Of a stretch of 64,000 bases of DNA, positions 1 to 10,103 are shown piece after piece (positions within the stretch are counted from its first letter, which is position 1; each line of letters opens with the position of its first letter). Origin of the DNA: an uncultured bacterium (lineage in GTDB: Bacteria > Zixibacteria > MSB-5A5 > UBA10806); contig CBEUCH010000001.1 in NCBI GenBank assembly GCA_965541585.1, forward strand, positions 160,001-224,000, given 5' to 3'. The notes beneath the pieces are model-generated. The model saw only the letters and a program-made list of their open reading frames with translations, had not been told where the DNA came from and did not search any database. The position numbers and the translations under genes were made by a program.

Positions 1-630
1 CATGACATCGCCGTCATATAGAATGCCTATCCAGGCGTTATGCAGATTCCTGCCGCCGATGTTCTCGAGATAGTAGTTTAAGAAAAACAGTTCATCATAT
101 CCGGGCGAACTCCAGCAGAAGCTGTTGCGAGTAATCTTCAAACCCAGAGGGATATGGGGCCCGTCGATCGGATCCCATCCAACGAATCGCGGATCGGTTG
201 CTGTATCGGAGAATGCTGCGAAGAATTCCTCATCTCCGAAAATTATCTCCTCCCAGAGCGACTCCTCCCCTGGAAACGGAGGAAAAAGCTCCATTACTCC
301 CATCCAGCCGTCGAATCCTACCGAAACCAGGGTATCCAAAATGGGATTGCCCTGACCGTCGATTGTGTCTACCTCGGCGCCGATCCAGAGGGCCCCGAAA
401 AAGAGATAATCTATCCCGGATGCCGCCGGGAATTCAGCGCCCGGGGTCTCTCCAGCCCAGGAGCCGGTCATACCGTAATTGGAAATAGTGAAATATATAT
501 TGGATGCATCGTGGACCTTATACTGGGTATCCGGCGTGTCCGTTAGCGTGGGACGGGAATCGAGCGGTACGGCTCCATAAACGGTTGTAACCATAAGTAA
601 AAATGGCAAGATTGCTTTAATACTGATCAT
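1..630 (-). CDS. Secreted protein (5' part only; runs off window start)
   Basis: Not in ORF track. Read by hand from ATG at 630 with GGAGG upstream; open to position 1: MISIKAILPFLLMVTTVYGA (signal peptide)...GAEFPAASGIDYLFFGALWIG...RNSFCWS...WIGILYDGDV. Confidence 0.85.
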   Translation of the reverse strand, partial: MISIKAILPFLLMVTTVYGAVPLDSRPTLTDTPDTQYKVHDASNIYFTISNYGMTGSWAGETPGAEFPAASGIDYLFFGALWIGAEVDTIDGQGNPILDTLVSVGFDGWMGVMELFPPFPGEESLWEEIIFGDEEFFAAFSDTATDPRFVGWDPIDGPHIPLGLKITRNSFCWSSPGYDELFFLNYYLENIGGRNLHNAWIGILYDGDVM

Positions 631-851
631 TGTATGCGCCTCCAGCTAAGGTGAAAACTGGCTACATTTATCTATTCTACAAATATGTTAACGTTTTATT
701 CCCCGGTGTCAATATTTTTTTTGCTTCAGAATTATGTTCCTGGAGTTTTTCTTAATTATTGAACTCCTCAGGCCTTCTATTGACAAAATATAGTGCTATC
801 GGTATTTTCTTAATCCGGCTCGGGAATGGTGCCTTGTCAAAAAGGGTGGTA

Positions 852-1796
852 GTGAGAATAGATACTGATAAGATTGGGATAGTGACGGATAAGTCATTCC
901 TCCTCCATGATACGGGACCGGGTCATCCGGAATCACCGGATAGGCTGAAAGCGGTGGAAGAAGCGATAAGCGAGATACCAGAAGAGATAGTCATGGTAAA
1001 CGCACGTGAAGCAAGCCGTGAGGAGTTGCTTCTGGTGCATAATCCAGAATATGTCGAGAGGATTCTGAGCCTCGATCCCGGGGGGCTCATTATGCTGGAT
1101 GCCGACACGGCATTTTCTTCGCACACAAAATCGGCGGCACTAAAAGCCGCGGGAGGGGTGCTGGAGGCGGTGGATAGGATTATCAACGGTGATTTCAGCA
1201 AGGCATTCTGCGCGGTCCGCCCGCCGGGACATCATACGGAAGCCGGCAGAGCCATGGGATTTTGTATTTTCAATAATATTGCCATCGGAGCAGCATATGC
1301 TCTCGCCAAAAAAGATGCGCACCGGGTAGCCATAATCGACTGGGACCTGCATCACGGCAACGGCACCCAGCATATATTCTACGAAAGGGATGACGTGCTA
1401 TATGTCTCATTACATCAATATCCGCATTATCCCGGATCCGGTTCGGCTGACGAAAGAGGTATCGGTAAGGGCGCCGGTCATACGATCAATATCCCGATGG
1501 CAGCGGGGTCAACCGACGGCGACTATCGTAAGGCGTTCAACAGCGTCGTCATTCCCAGGCTGACAGACTTCCGGCCGGAGATGCTTTTTATATCCGCCGG
1601 ATTCGATGCTCACCGCGATGACCCGTTAGGCAGCATGAATCTATCATCGGAGTTCTACGGTGAAATGACCACTACGTTGAAAAAGGTGGCGGATCAATTC
1701 TGTGATGGTAGAATGATCTCAGTCCTCGAGGGCGGGTATGATCTTTCCGCTCTGAAAGAATCGGCGCTCCATCATTTGAGGGGATTTTGCGAATGA
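852..1796 (+). CDS. Zn-dependent histone deacetylase family protein (AcuC/acetylpolyamine amidohydrolase-like)
   Basis: HPESPDRL, RPPGHH, GFCIFNN, DWDLHHGNGTQ, SAGFDAH, LEGGY motifs; start placed at GTG 852 (ORF track 759). Confidence 0.93.
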   Translation: MRIDTDKIGIVTDKSFLLHDTGPGHPESPDRLKAVEEAISEIPEEIVMVNAREASREELLLVHNPEYVERILSLDPGGLIMLDADTAFSSHTKSAALKAAGGVLEAVDRIINGDFSKAFCAVRPPGHHTEAGRAMGFCIFNNIAIGAAYALAKKDAHRVAIIDWDLHHGNGTQHIFYERDDVLYVSLHQYPHYPGSGSADERGIGKGAGHTINIPMAAGSTDGDYRKAFNSVVIPRLTDFRPEMLFISAGFDAHRDDPLGSMNLSSEFYGEMTTTLKKVADQFCDGRMISVLEGGYDLSALKESALHHLRGFCE

Positions 1797-2560
1797 CAAG
1801 ATATGTACGCGTTAGCCATCGGGATGATGTTTTCTGGGGGAAACTGGACGAGGATCACGTGACGGTTCTTAATCGCGCCCCCTGGGATTCTCCCGAGCCA
1901 ACCGATCGGCGAATACCGTTTAGAGAATGCAGGCTCTTAGCCCCGGTGGAGCCTTCGAAGGTCGTGCTTGTGGGACTCAATTATCATGAGCATATAAAAG
2001 AATCGCAGTCAGCCAGCGCCGTTCCCGAGGAGCCGGTTATCTTTCTGAAGCCGCCCACCGCCATAATCGGCCCATCCGATAACATACCGTATCCCGAGGG
2101 ACTCGACAGGGTCGATTACGAAGGGGAGTTGTCGGCCGTTATCGGAGAAGAAATCCACGGTGCGGATGAGGAAAAGGCTCGTTCCGCAATCTTCGGCTAT
2201 ACCTGCCTTAATGATGTAACAGCGCGGAATCTTCAAAAAAAGGACGTGCAATGGACAAGGGCCAAAGGGTTCGATGGATTCGCACCGATCGGGCCCTGGA
2301 TTGCGACCGAAATCAATCCCTTGGATCTGAAAATACAGACATATCTCAATGACGAACTGCGGCAGTCATCGAGAACCTCATACCAGATATGGAATGTATA
2401 TCGCCTGGTTAGTTTTATTTCCAATATCATGACGCTTCTGCCGGGCGATGTCGTTTCCACCGGGACACCTCAGGGGGTAGGGCCTGTCAAAGCGGGAGAT
2501 GTTGTGAGAATCATAATCGAGAAGATAGGCACACTGGAGAATAAGGTGGGCCGGATATGA
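1793..2560 (+). CDS. Fumarylacetoacetate hydrolase family protein
   Basis: VGLNY, FLKPP, DYEGEL, NDVTAR, KGFDGFAPIGP, TGTP motifs; ATGA overlap with upstream gene. Confidence 0.93.
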   Translation: MTRYVRVSHRDDVFWGKLDEDHVTVLNRAPWDSPEPTDRRIPFRECRLLAPVEPSKVVLVGLNYHEHIKESQSASAVPEEPVIFLKPPTAIIGPSDNIPYPEGLDRVDYEGELSAVIGEEIHGADEEKARSAIFGYTCLNDVTARNLQKKDVQWTRAKGFDGFAPIGPWIATEINPLDLKIQTYLNDELRQSSRTSYQIWNVYRLVSFISNIMTLLPGDVVSTGTPQGVGPVKAGDVVRIIIEKIGTLENKVGRI

Positions 2561-4374
2561 TTTCTTCTATGCTTCTGGCGCTCTCGATTGCGGTTCCCGC
2601 TGTCGGTTTCTTTTCCGAATTACCGGCAGCCTACCAGATAGAGGCCAGACTCGATACGGCAAACCAGGTCATTTATGGTACACAGAGAGTAATTTTCCAG
2701 AATCCGACATCGCAGAGGCTGAACCGGATATGTTTTCACCTGTATCCCAACGCGTTCAAAGATACGTCGACAGTTTTCTGCCGCGAGAGCGAGGAGGTAA
2801 GATCAGACGTGGCGTCGGGCAATATATCGAGGCTGGAAGTATCGGATTTGAAGCTGGATGGAAAGGAGCCCGATCCTGACGGGATAGATATCAAGGGCAC
2901 GTTGATGTATATCGATCTTTTGAAAGATCTTCCGCCCGCTGGCAAAGTGGAGATCTCCCTGCGATTTGAGCTTTCAATCCCGAAGATAAATGTAAGATTC
3001 GGGTACGATACCGATGGTAATTACCTTCTCTCTCACTGGTTTCCTATCCTGTGCGGCTACCAGAAAGACCGATTAATCGATTGGGAGTATCATGCTAATA
3101 GCGAATTCTTCTCAAATTTCGCATCCTACAGCGTCACGTTGGAATTACCACCGGATTTCACTGCAGGATCCACCGGCAACCTGAAACTGGTTGATAAAAA
3201 CGACTCGACCGCCGTGTGGCATGCAGAGGAAGAGCCGGTCATAGATTTTGCCTTCGCATGCGGGCCGGGTTTTGAGCTACTGGAATCCGATACCCTCGGT
3301 ATCAAAATCCATTATCTTTTAAGGAATAAGAATGTCGAATTATTCGAAAGAATTGATAGAATTACCAGATATTCTTTAGCGTATTGCTCTGAAAAGCTCT
3401 TTAAGTATCCGTATAAAAATTTCACTGTCGTGGATTTCATGCCCGGCGCCGGGGGATTGGAGTTGCCCGGGCTGATATCGATTACGATTCCCGAATCGGG
3501 ATCAATGCGGGCATCAGGTCATCTTGAAAACACCATAGCGCATGAGACGGCTCATCAGTGGTTTTACGCAATGATTGCCACAAATGAATTCGAGGAACCG
3601 TGGCTGGATGAAGGATTAGCATCATATTACACATCCCGGATCGCTAGCTCATTCGGCGATGGGATAGACTTTATCGGGTTGTTTGGATATGATGTTTCTA
3701 TGGATGAATTATTCAGAACGTTTGCGCTTATTGGAAAGGCGCCTTACCCGATAAATCTGAAAAGCTGGGAGTATCCCGGCTTTATGCATTATAATACTGC
3801 GGTTTATACCAGGGCGCTTCTGGTTTTGCAGACCCTGGAAGGCCTCGTCGGGGATTCGGCATTCGCCGGAGCGTTGAAGGATTTTGCAGAAAGCTATCGT
3901 TTTAAGCATCCTGACGGTGAAGATTTTCTATCTTCAATTGCATCGTCCGCTGGCCTGGATCTAACCGACTTCTCGTCGCAATTCGTAAGCGGGACTGCCA
4001 GAGTCGATTACGGCGTAACATCGCTTAAGTATGATGAGGTGTCCGGTGAATCCGAGGGTGCCGCCGTTAAGTATGAGATTACTGTCGATGTTCGAAGGGA
4101 GCTTGACGGGATAATTCCTCAGAGAATCACGGTGGGATTGTCTGACGGCGCAATAGTCGATACCACGTGGGACGGCCGATCGGGCGTGGCGAGCTTTGAG
4201 TTTGTGGCGGATTCCAAACCCTGGTATGCAGGTATTGATGAGAATAATGTCTCACCACTCGACGAAAATAGAACCAATGATAGAATCTATCTAAATTCTC
4301 ACTCGATGCGGCTGATTTCATTCGAGTGGGATACCGTTTTTGTTTTAGAATTCATTTTATCGGTATTCCTATGA
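2557..4374 (+). CDS. M1 family zinc metallopeptidase with signal peptide and hydrophobic C-terminus
   Basis: GGLELPG exopeptidase motif, HETAHQW...EEPWLDEG zinc motif. Confidence 0.9.
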   Translation: MISSMLLALSIAVPAVGFFSELPAAYQIEARLDTANQVIYGTQRVIFQNPTSQRLNRICFHLYPNAFKDTSTVFCRESEEVRSDVASGNISRLEVSDLKLDGKEPDPDGIDIKGTLMYIDLLKDLPPAGKVEISLRFELSIPKINVRFGYDTDGNYLLSHWFPILCGYQKDRLIDWEYHANSEFFSNFASYSVTLELPPDFTAGSTGNLKLVDKNDSTAVWHAEEEPVIDFAFACGPGFELLESDTLGIKIHYLLRNKNVELFERIDRITRYSLAYCSEKLFKYPYKNFTVVDFMPGAGGLELPGLISITIPESGSMRASGHLENTIAHETAHQWFYAMIATNEFEEPWLDEGLASYYTSRIASSFGDGIDFIGLFGYDVSMDELFRTFALIGKAPYPINLKSWEYPGFMHYNTAVYTRALLVLQTLEGLVGDSAFAGALKDFAESYRFKHPDGEDFLSSIASSAGLDLTDFSSQFVSGTARVDYGVTSLKYDEVSGESEGAAVKYEITVDVRRELDGIIPQRITVGLSDGAIVDTTWDGRSGVASFEFVADSKPWYAGIDENNVSPLDENRTNDRIYLNSHSMRLISFEWDTVFVLEFILSVFL

Positions 4375-5192
4375 AGAAGGTTTTTAAAAACAAGATTATT
4401 GTGGCTTCCCTGCTTTTTGTTCTCCTCAATATAATAGGGGGGCTTCTGATCATGGCGCCCCTTCTGGTGTTCTTGCGAATTCACCTCGAGTACAGCGGCT
4501 CGGCTCTCAAGCTCTGGCCGGTGATCTCTCCGGAGGTTTTGTCCGACATCCTTATCAACGATTATCAGGCGCTGGTTATGTTCATCATAGCGGCGATTGT
4601 TATATACATAGCCTATTTTCCATTTAAGGTCCTCGTTACCGCCGGAATTTACAATATTATTGTTTTCGATAAGGAAAGAGGCGAGGCGATCGATTCGGCG
4701 CGTGCGTTTCTCACAAGAGCAGCGGGAATCTGGATCGGATTTGTCAAGACTGATTTATTTGCAGTTCTGATATATATTGTGGCTATGTTTCTCGGGATTG
4801 TATTCGGAGAAATCTTAGGACGTCTGGGATCGTTCCTGAGCCCCGCGGTAATACTGTTAATGTTACTTCTGGGTTCGACATATATTCAGATCCTGAAGAT
4901 TGCGGTTGTAGACAATAATGATACATCGCTTCGTTCGATAATCCGCTTTACGCGCGGTCGCATCGCAGGATCATTCTTGCGGCTGGTGCTGGGTAATGTA
5001 GCTGTGGCCCTGGTAGGCATTCTCATTGTACTGGGTCTCTGGTCTTTCCTGTTGTGGACTCGGAGTCATGATTGGAACGTTGTAACCGCACCGGTCTCGG
5101 TGATCTTACAACAGGGGATGATATTTGTCATCTGCCTGGCACAGGTTCTTCGGATTAATTTCAACCATTCTGTAATAAAGAAAGGTGAATAA
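4371..5192 (+). CDS. Multi-pass membrane protein, unknown function
   Basis: About 6 hydrophobic segments; ATGA overlap with the M1 peptidase stop. Confidence 0.75.
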   Translation: MKKVFKNKIIVASLLFVLLNIIGGLLIMAPLLVFLRIHLEYSGSALKLWPVISPEVLSDILINDYQALVMFIIAAIVIYIAYFPFKVLVTAGIYNIIVFDKERGEAIDSARAFLTRAAGIWIGFVKTDLFAVLIYIVAMFLGIVFGEILGRLGSFLSPAVILLMLLLGSTYIQILKIAVVDNNDTSLRSIIRFTRGRIAGSFLRLVLGNVAVALVGILIVLGLWSFLLWTRSHDWNVVTAPVSVILQQGMIFVICLAQVLRINFNHSVIKKGE

Positions 5193-5193
5193 C

Positions 5194-5916
5194 ATGCTCT
5201 GGGAGGAAATGAACTGGATGGAGTTCGAGAAACTCGTTCCGAATGAATATGATACTGCGATCTTGCCTGTGGGGACTGTGGAGGCCCACGGCGTATCTCC
5301 CCTGGGCACTGATGTTCTTATTCCGATGGAGATCTGCCGTCGACTCGCAGAGGACCTGAAAGCTATCATAGCGCCGCCGGTGAGTTATGGCATAACAAGT
5401 TCTCTTCTTGGATACCCGGGCTCGCTTTCGCTGTCATCGGAAACATTCGAGAGATACATTGGCGAGCTATTGATTTCAATAGCTGATTGCAAGTTCAAAA
5501 GAATTGTTGTTATAAACGGTCATGGCGGGCAAATGGAACAATTGGGGAAGGCGGCCCGGGTGGCATGGCAGGCGAAAAGAATTAATATCGCCGTAGTTCA
5601 CTGGTGGGTTTGCTGTAACGATATTGTCGAAAGCGTTTACGGCAGGGGTGGAGGACATGCGGGGACGGATGAAAACGCAGCTGTGCAGGCCTTTCGGCCG
5701 GATCTGATAAAGAAGAATCTGTATTCTGATGATATGGTATATAACCAACCGAAGGGATTCACCGTATATCCCAATCCCGGAACCATCATCGCCTATAAGG
5801 AAGGGGCCGGTCATATCGATTTTGATCAGGCAAAAGCAGAGGAGTATTTCAACCCCGCCGTTGAGCGTGTAAGAGGACATATCCTTGAGATATTCAGGCG
5901 CTGGGATCGGCTCTAA
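5194..5916 (+). CDS. Creatininase family amidohydrolase
   Basis: PVGTVEAHG, GTD, NGHGG, HAG-DE motifs. Confidence 0.9.
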   Translation: MLWEEMNWMEFEKLVPNEYDTAILPVGTVEAHGVSPLGTDVLIPMEICRRLAEDLKAIIAPPVSYGITSSLLGYPGSLSLSSETFERYIGELLISIADCKFKRIVVINGHGGQMEQLGKAARVAWQAKRINIAVVHWWVCCNDIVESVYGRGGGHAGTDENAAVQAFRPDLIKKNLYSDDMVYNQPKGFTVYPNPGTIIAYKEGAGHIDFDQAKAEEYFNPAVERVRGHILEIFRRWDRL

Positions 5917-6030
5917 ATTGTGCGGCCTGGATGGAAGGGGCACAATAATTGTGCATTATGTATAGCCGTCTAAGATCCATGACGATGTTCAAGTCTATAT
6001 ATAATCATCCCTTGCGGGATGGGATACCTA

Positions 6031-6046
6031 TGGCATGTGGTTTGCT
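6031..6046 (+). promoter_or_regulatory. Sigma54 -24/-12 promoter candidate
   Basis: TGGCATGTGGTTTGCT = GG-N10-GC in intergenic DNA. Confidence 0.55.
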
Positions 6047-6093
6047 TTTATCATATTCAGATAGTTCATTGACAACTGAATCGAGCAAAACGG

Positions 6094-6122
6094 TTGACAG
6101 CCAGAGGGTATTATCTTACAAT
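6094..6122 (+). promoter_or_regulatory. Sigma70 promoter directly before ATG 6129
   Basis: TTGACA-N17-TACAAT, 6 nt upstream of start codon. Confidence 0.7.
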
Positions 6123-6128
6123 CGACCG

Positions 6129-6923
6129 ATGATCTGGAAGAGCGTTTTATTGGCGATAATCATTCTGAGCGCACCGGCTGCAGCCCAGTATAGCACCTCG
6201 GACGATTCTCTTTATGCCAATGTGATAGTACCGCGCGCCGAGTTGCGCTGGACCATTGACACGCCGACGGCGGGCATGCTTCCGCGAGGGACTTTCAATT
6301 TCGACATGCGGACTTTTCCAGCCGGCGGAGTTCAGACCTCACTCGAAATAGGTCTGGCGGATCGGTTTTCCGTGGGCCTGGGATACGGGGCTTCGGAGGT
6401 GCTGACCGATGTCGATCCCGACTGGAATCCGAAGCTTGAATTCCTGCTCAGGTATCGTCTTCACGAGGAAAGCGAGGGCATCCCGGCCATAGCGGTTGGC
6501 TACAGCTCTCTCGGATATGGCGCCTACGATTCCCAGAGCGATCGATATACTGTGAAGTCACCCGGATTTTATGCTGCGTTTTCGAAGAACTTCAAGCTGT
6601 ATGAGAATCCTGCTTCATTTCACTGGGGAGTAAATTATAGTTTCGAGAACGACGAGGACAACGATCCCAACATATTTACGGGATTTCACGCTGATACCGG
6701 ACCCAACATAGTCTTTCTGGCCGAATACGATTTCGCCATAAACGATAACAAGAGGTATGGCGTCTACGGGTTGGGAAGGGGCTTTTTCAATCTCGGTCTG
6801 GCCTGGTATATAACCGATGAGTTGTCACTTGAGCTCGATTTGAAGAATCTCCTCAGGAACCGCGATGATGCCGAGGCAATCGATCGTGAAGTGAGGCTGG
6901 TTTATGTGGAGTACTTCTATTAA
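6129..6923 (+). CDS. Outer-membrane beta-barrel protein, YjbH-like
   Basis: Signal peptide MIWKSVLLAIIILSAPAAA, IDTPTAGMLPRG motif, amphipathic strands, aromatic C-terminus YFY. Confidence 0.7.
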   Translation: MIWKSVLLAIIILSAPAAAQYSTSDDSLYANVIVPRAELRWTIDTPTAGMLPRGTFNFDMRTFPAGGVQTSLEIGLADRFSVGLGYGASEVLTDVDPDWNPKLEFLLRYRLHEESEGIPAIAVGYSSLGYGAYDSQSDRYTVKSPGFYAAFSKNFKLYENPASFHWGVNYSFENDEDNDPNIFTGFHADTGPNIVFLAEYDFAINDNKRYGVYGLGRGFFNLGLAWYITDELSLELDLKNLLRNRDDAEAIDREVRLVYVEYFY

Positions 6924-6936
6924 TTCGGGAGCGGTT

Positions 6937-7425
6937 ATGAAAAGGATCGTGGTCGCCGCCCTGATGGCGGTATTTTTTTCGGTGGTTTTTTCGGGTTGCT
7001 ATACTAAACTGAAAGGGCCCGAGCCACAGACGGGCGAGCGAATAAATCGTGATTATGCGTACTATGACGATTATTACCGGTACGACGACTACTATTACAG
7101 CCCCTATTACTACCGGTCGGGGTGGTTGAGCCCGTATTTCTATGGTTATCCGTATTACAGCTACGGTTCTTTCTATTCTCCATGGTGGTATGATCCCGGG
7201 TATTATTATAGCGATGGCGATCGTAATCGCTCTGATAAATCAATAAGATATCGGCGCAGAGGTACAGGTTCATCGCCGGGAGGTTTCACATCGCCGCCCC
7301 TTATACCGAGAGGAAGCGGTGGAACTGTCTCCGGAACTGTTCGGACAAAAACCTCATCGGGTGGTAGCCGGCAGCCTGCCAAGCCGACCCGTTCAGGGGG
7401 TAAATCCGCTCGGCGTAGAAGGTAG
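6937..7425 (+). CDS. Lipoprotein with Tyr-rich and Arg/Gly/Ser-rich low-complexity regions
   Basis: Lipobox FSGC; GGGAG upstream. Confidence 0.8.
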   Translation: MKRIVVAALMAVFFSVVFSGCYTKLKGPEPQTGERINRDYAYYDDYYRYDDYYYSPYYYRSGWLSPYFYGYPYYSYGSFYSPWWYDPGYYYSDGDRNRSDKSIRYRRRGTGSSPGGFTSPPLIPRGSGGTVSGTVRTKTSSGGSRQPAKPTRSGGKSARRRR

Positions 7426-7435
7426 GGAGGATGTG

Positions 7436-8728
7436 ATGCCAAAAAGAAAATCAGGTCATTCATACATGTTTTCATTTGTTTTTGTCCTGGTAGTAGTGAT
7501 CGCCTCGACCGCCTCCGCACAATTCTTATATGATCCTCTCGTCGTCTACGAATCGTTCACGGGCAACAGCGTTTTGCCCGGCGCCCGAGCGGCGGCGATG
7601 GGAGGCGCTCAGATCGCAACGGCTACCGACGGTTCGGCGTTATGGTATAATCCGGCCTTGTTGACGAGAATCAGGCACAACGAGGTCTCGGGCACTCTTA
7701 CGCATCAGATATTTTCCAATGAAACCTCGCTGCTTGCAGGAGCCAGGCAGGACGCTGATGTCAGTAACACCAGGCTTGGCAGCCTCTGGGGTATATTCCC
7801 CGTGCCGACGTACCGGGGCGGCTTGACTCTCGGAATCTCTGTTAACAGGATCAAGAATTTCGATAGAGTTTTCAGGTATGCCTCGAGCAATAGCTGGTTG
7901 AGCAATCCCTCAGGCAGCGATGGCTGGGGTGGAGGAGAAGATGAAAACGGCAGCCTCTGGGCCTGGTCGCTCGGGGGGGCGGTTGAGATCTCACCCAAGG
8001 CATCCGTGGGGTTGTCCCTCGATATCTACGATGGCGACGATAGCTGGACCTTCTTTTTCGACTCAACGTCAATTTCTGACAACTACAGGTATAGCTATCA
8101 ACACACAATCATGGATAATTACAGGGGGATTTCGGGGAAGGTCGGTATTACATATGCGGTAAATAACCATCTTAATCTGTCGGGGGTGATTGGTTTTCCG
8201 ACCTCCATATCGATCGATCAGACCAGCGATATTTTCGAATATGACAACCAGGGACTCGACATAGCCGATTACAGTTCGTCGTCGTATAGATATACTCTAC
8301 CTTTCAGATTCGAAGCCGGCGCAGCCTTCAGGCATGAAGATCTGACCATAGGCGGTGATATCGGTTATACCGATTACACCCAGCTTGAATATCGCTCGGG
8401 CCTGTTCGACCTGGCGGGTCTCAATCAGACAGTGAAGGAATATTATAACGATGTTTTCAGATATCATGTGGGGGCTGAGTATTTCATTCGCACCGCCGGT
8501 GTCCGCTTGAGGACCGGTTATTATCAGGACGCGATACCTTTCGCGGGTTATCCGATCGAGACTGAACCTCATTACTTCACCTTCGGGGCAGGCTTCATAA
8601 TCGATCGCACGGTTAATATCGATCTGGCATATTTGATCGGGTCGTGGGAGCGGGATGATCCGTCCATCGCCAGTTCGGAGAAATACAGCGTTCAGAGGTT
8701 TATGATTACGATATCGTATCGGTTATAG
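7436..8728 (+). CDS. OmpP1/FadL family outer-membrane transporter
   Basis: GARAAAMGGA and WYNPALL motifs, beta-strand pattern, GGAGG upstream. Confidence 0.8.
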   Translation: MPKRKSGHSYMFSFVFVLVVVIASTASAQFLYDPLVVYESFTGNSVLPGARAAAMGGAQIATATDGSALWYNPALLTRIRHNEVSGTLTHQIFSNETSLLAGARQDADVSNTRLGSLWGIFPVPTYRGGLTLGISVNRIKNFDRVFRYASSNSWLSNPSGSDGWGGGEDENGSLWAWSLGGAVEISPKASVGLSLDIYDGDDSWTFFFDSTSISDNYRYSYQHTIMDNYRGISGKVGITYAVNNHLNLSGVIGFPTSISIDQTSDIFEYDNQGLDIADYSSSSYRYTLPFRFEAGAAFRHEDLTIGGDIGYTDYTQLEYRSGLFDLAGLNQTVKEYYNDVFRYHVGAEYFIRTAGVRLRTGYYQDAIPFAGYPIETEPHYFTFGAGFIIDRTVNIDLAYLIGSWERDDPSIASSEKYSVQRFMITISYRL

Positions 8729-8749
8729 GTGGGGAGACGGAATTGCTCC

Positions 8750-8784
8750 GCCGCCGCGTCAGCGCCCGCGGCGGCCTTTTTTTT
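8750..8784 (+). terminator. Rho-independent terminator
   Basis: GCCGCCGCG/CGCGGCGGC stem followed by T8. Confidence 0.85.
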
Positions 8785-8796
8785 GAATCAAACAGA

Positions 8797-9333
8797 TTAT
8801 CCGGCGGGACTTCCCAGTTGCTTTCTGTATATTTCTCTAACCGTTTTTAGAAATTCAATAGCTAACTGCTGTGAATAATCGGGGTATGTCCAGAGGTGGG
8901 TTACGAATTCTCCCTTTTCATATCTCATTGTAACCTCGGCCCAGATATTATCACGAAGATATATCCTGTGTGAGAAATTCTTGGTCGAGGCCAGCACCAG
9001 TTTCGATTCCTCGAGATAACCGGGATCGAGGTTGACGACTCTTCTGTTGTTTATAAAGAAATCCGTCTCGATCGAAATCGTTGCGTTTTTGATATCTGCC
9101 AGCATGTCGGGTTGTATCAATTTTTCAAAAGAGTAGAATTGCTTTACAAGATCGCTTCCCATCACCTCTTTATAGTAATCGGTGAAAGTAAAATCAAATG
9201 GCTCGGATTTTAAATCTACCGATCCATATTGCGCCCGGAGCTCGGAGTCGAGCCGCATCAAGTCTACAGTCTTTGAATACAGTACTCCGCAGATGAGCTT
9301 TACAGGCTTGACCTCAGGTTTTGCTTCGGGCAT
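8797..9333 (-). CDS. DUF4416 family protein
   Basis: FTDYY-E-MG, RVVNLDPGY, LASTKNFSHRIYL, WTYPDY motifs. Confidence 0.85.
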   Translation of the reverse strand: MPEAKPEVKPVKLICGVLYSKTVDLMRLDSELRAQYGSVDLKSEPFDFTFTDYYKEVMGSDLVKQFYSFEKLIQPDMLADIKNATISIETDFFINNRRVVNLDPGYLEESKLVLASTKNFSHRIYLRDNIWAEVTMRYEKGEFVTHLWTYPDYSQQLAIEFLKTVREIYRKQLGSPAG

Positions 9334-9988
9334 TTGTGCAGGCCTTCACGCAGAGTCCGCAAAGGTATACATTATAATGGTTTTCCTTCGCGAATTTTGT
9401 AACCTGTTCATAGCATTTGTCGAAATCGAAATTGTCTTCGCTTATGGCTTCCGCCGGGCAGGCGATCATGCAATCTAAGCATTCCCCGCAATCGTTGGAT
9501 ATGCTGGAGCCGGTCTTCAGCGGCATATCGGTTAAGACGGTAGCGAGCCTGACTCCCGCGCCGTATTCGGGATGTACCAGGAGGTTATTCCTGCCCAGGA
9601 AACCCAGTCCGGCCGCTATGGCGACGTGGCGATGAGAGATATGAGAATTCTGTTTTTCCCAGTCGAGCACGAATGATGCCGCAATGGGAACGGCATTATA
9701 TCCTCTTCGCTGGATGAATCCCGCAGTGAGCTCGGAGTTATAATCCAAAAGTGCGTTCACCTGGCGGTAATGTGTCTTATATATCTGGTTCGGGCGATTC
9801 ACGATGGCGTTCAACACAGATCGCATCAGCCTGACCCCGATGCTTATGGCAAATGGTAACTGTGAGGCCTCATCTCTCAACTCGTCATCGATATAGACTT
9901 TGATCTTAGCGGTTTCGGCCACACCGAAGAGGTCTGCTCCACGGTCGGATACGTAACTTTTCAATAGCTCGTAGTTTTCGTCTTTCAT
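9314..9988 (-). CDS. QueG/epoxyqueuosine-reductase-like 4Fe-4S protein
   Basis: SHRHVAIAAGLG-LGRNNLL, RLATVLTD, CxxCxxCxxxCP and CxxCxxxC. Confidence 0.8.
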   Translation of the reverse strand: MKDENYELLKSYVSDRGADLFGVAETAKIKVYIDDELRDEASQLPFAISIGVRLMRSVLNAIVNRPNQIYKTHYRQVNALLDYNSELTAGFIQRRGYNAVPIAASFVLDWEKQNSHISHRHVAIAAGLGFLGRNNLLVHPEYGAGVRLATVLTDMPLKTGSSISNDCGECLDCMIACPAEAISEDNFDFDKCYEQVTKFAKENHYNVYLCGLCVKACTNARSKT

Positions 9989-10103
9989 GGTCAGCAAATT
10001 AATGATTCAGGGGATTCCTGTCAATTGAGAACCTATAAATCGTTGACACCCTGCGCATTTTGATTTAACTTCGCTCGGTAATAATGGTGTTGGCGGAGGA
10101 TCG

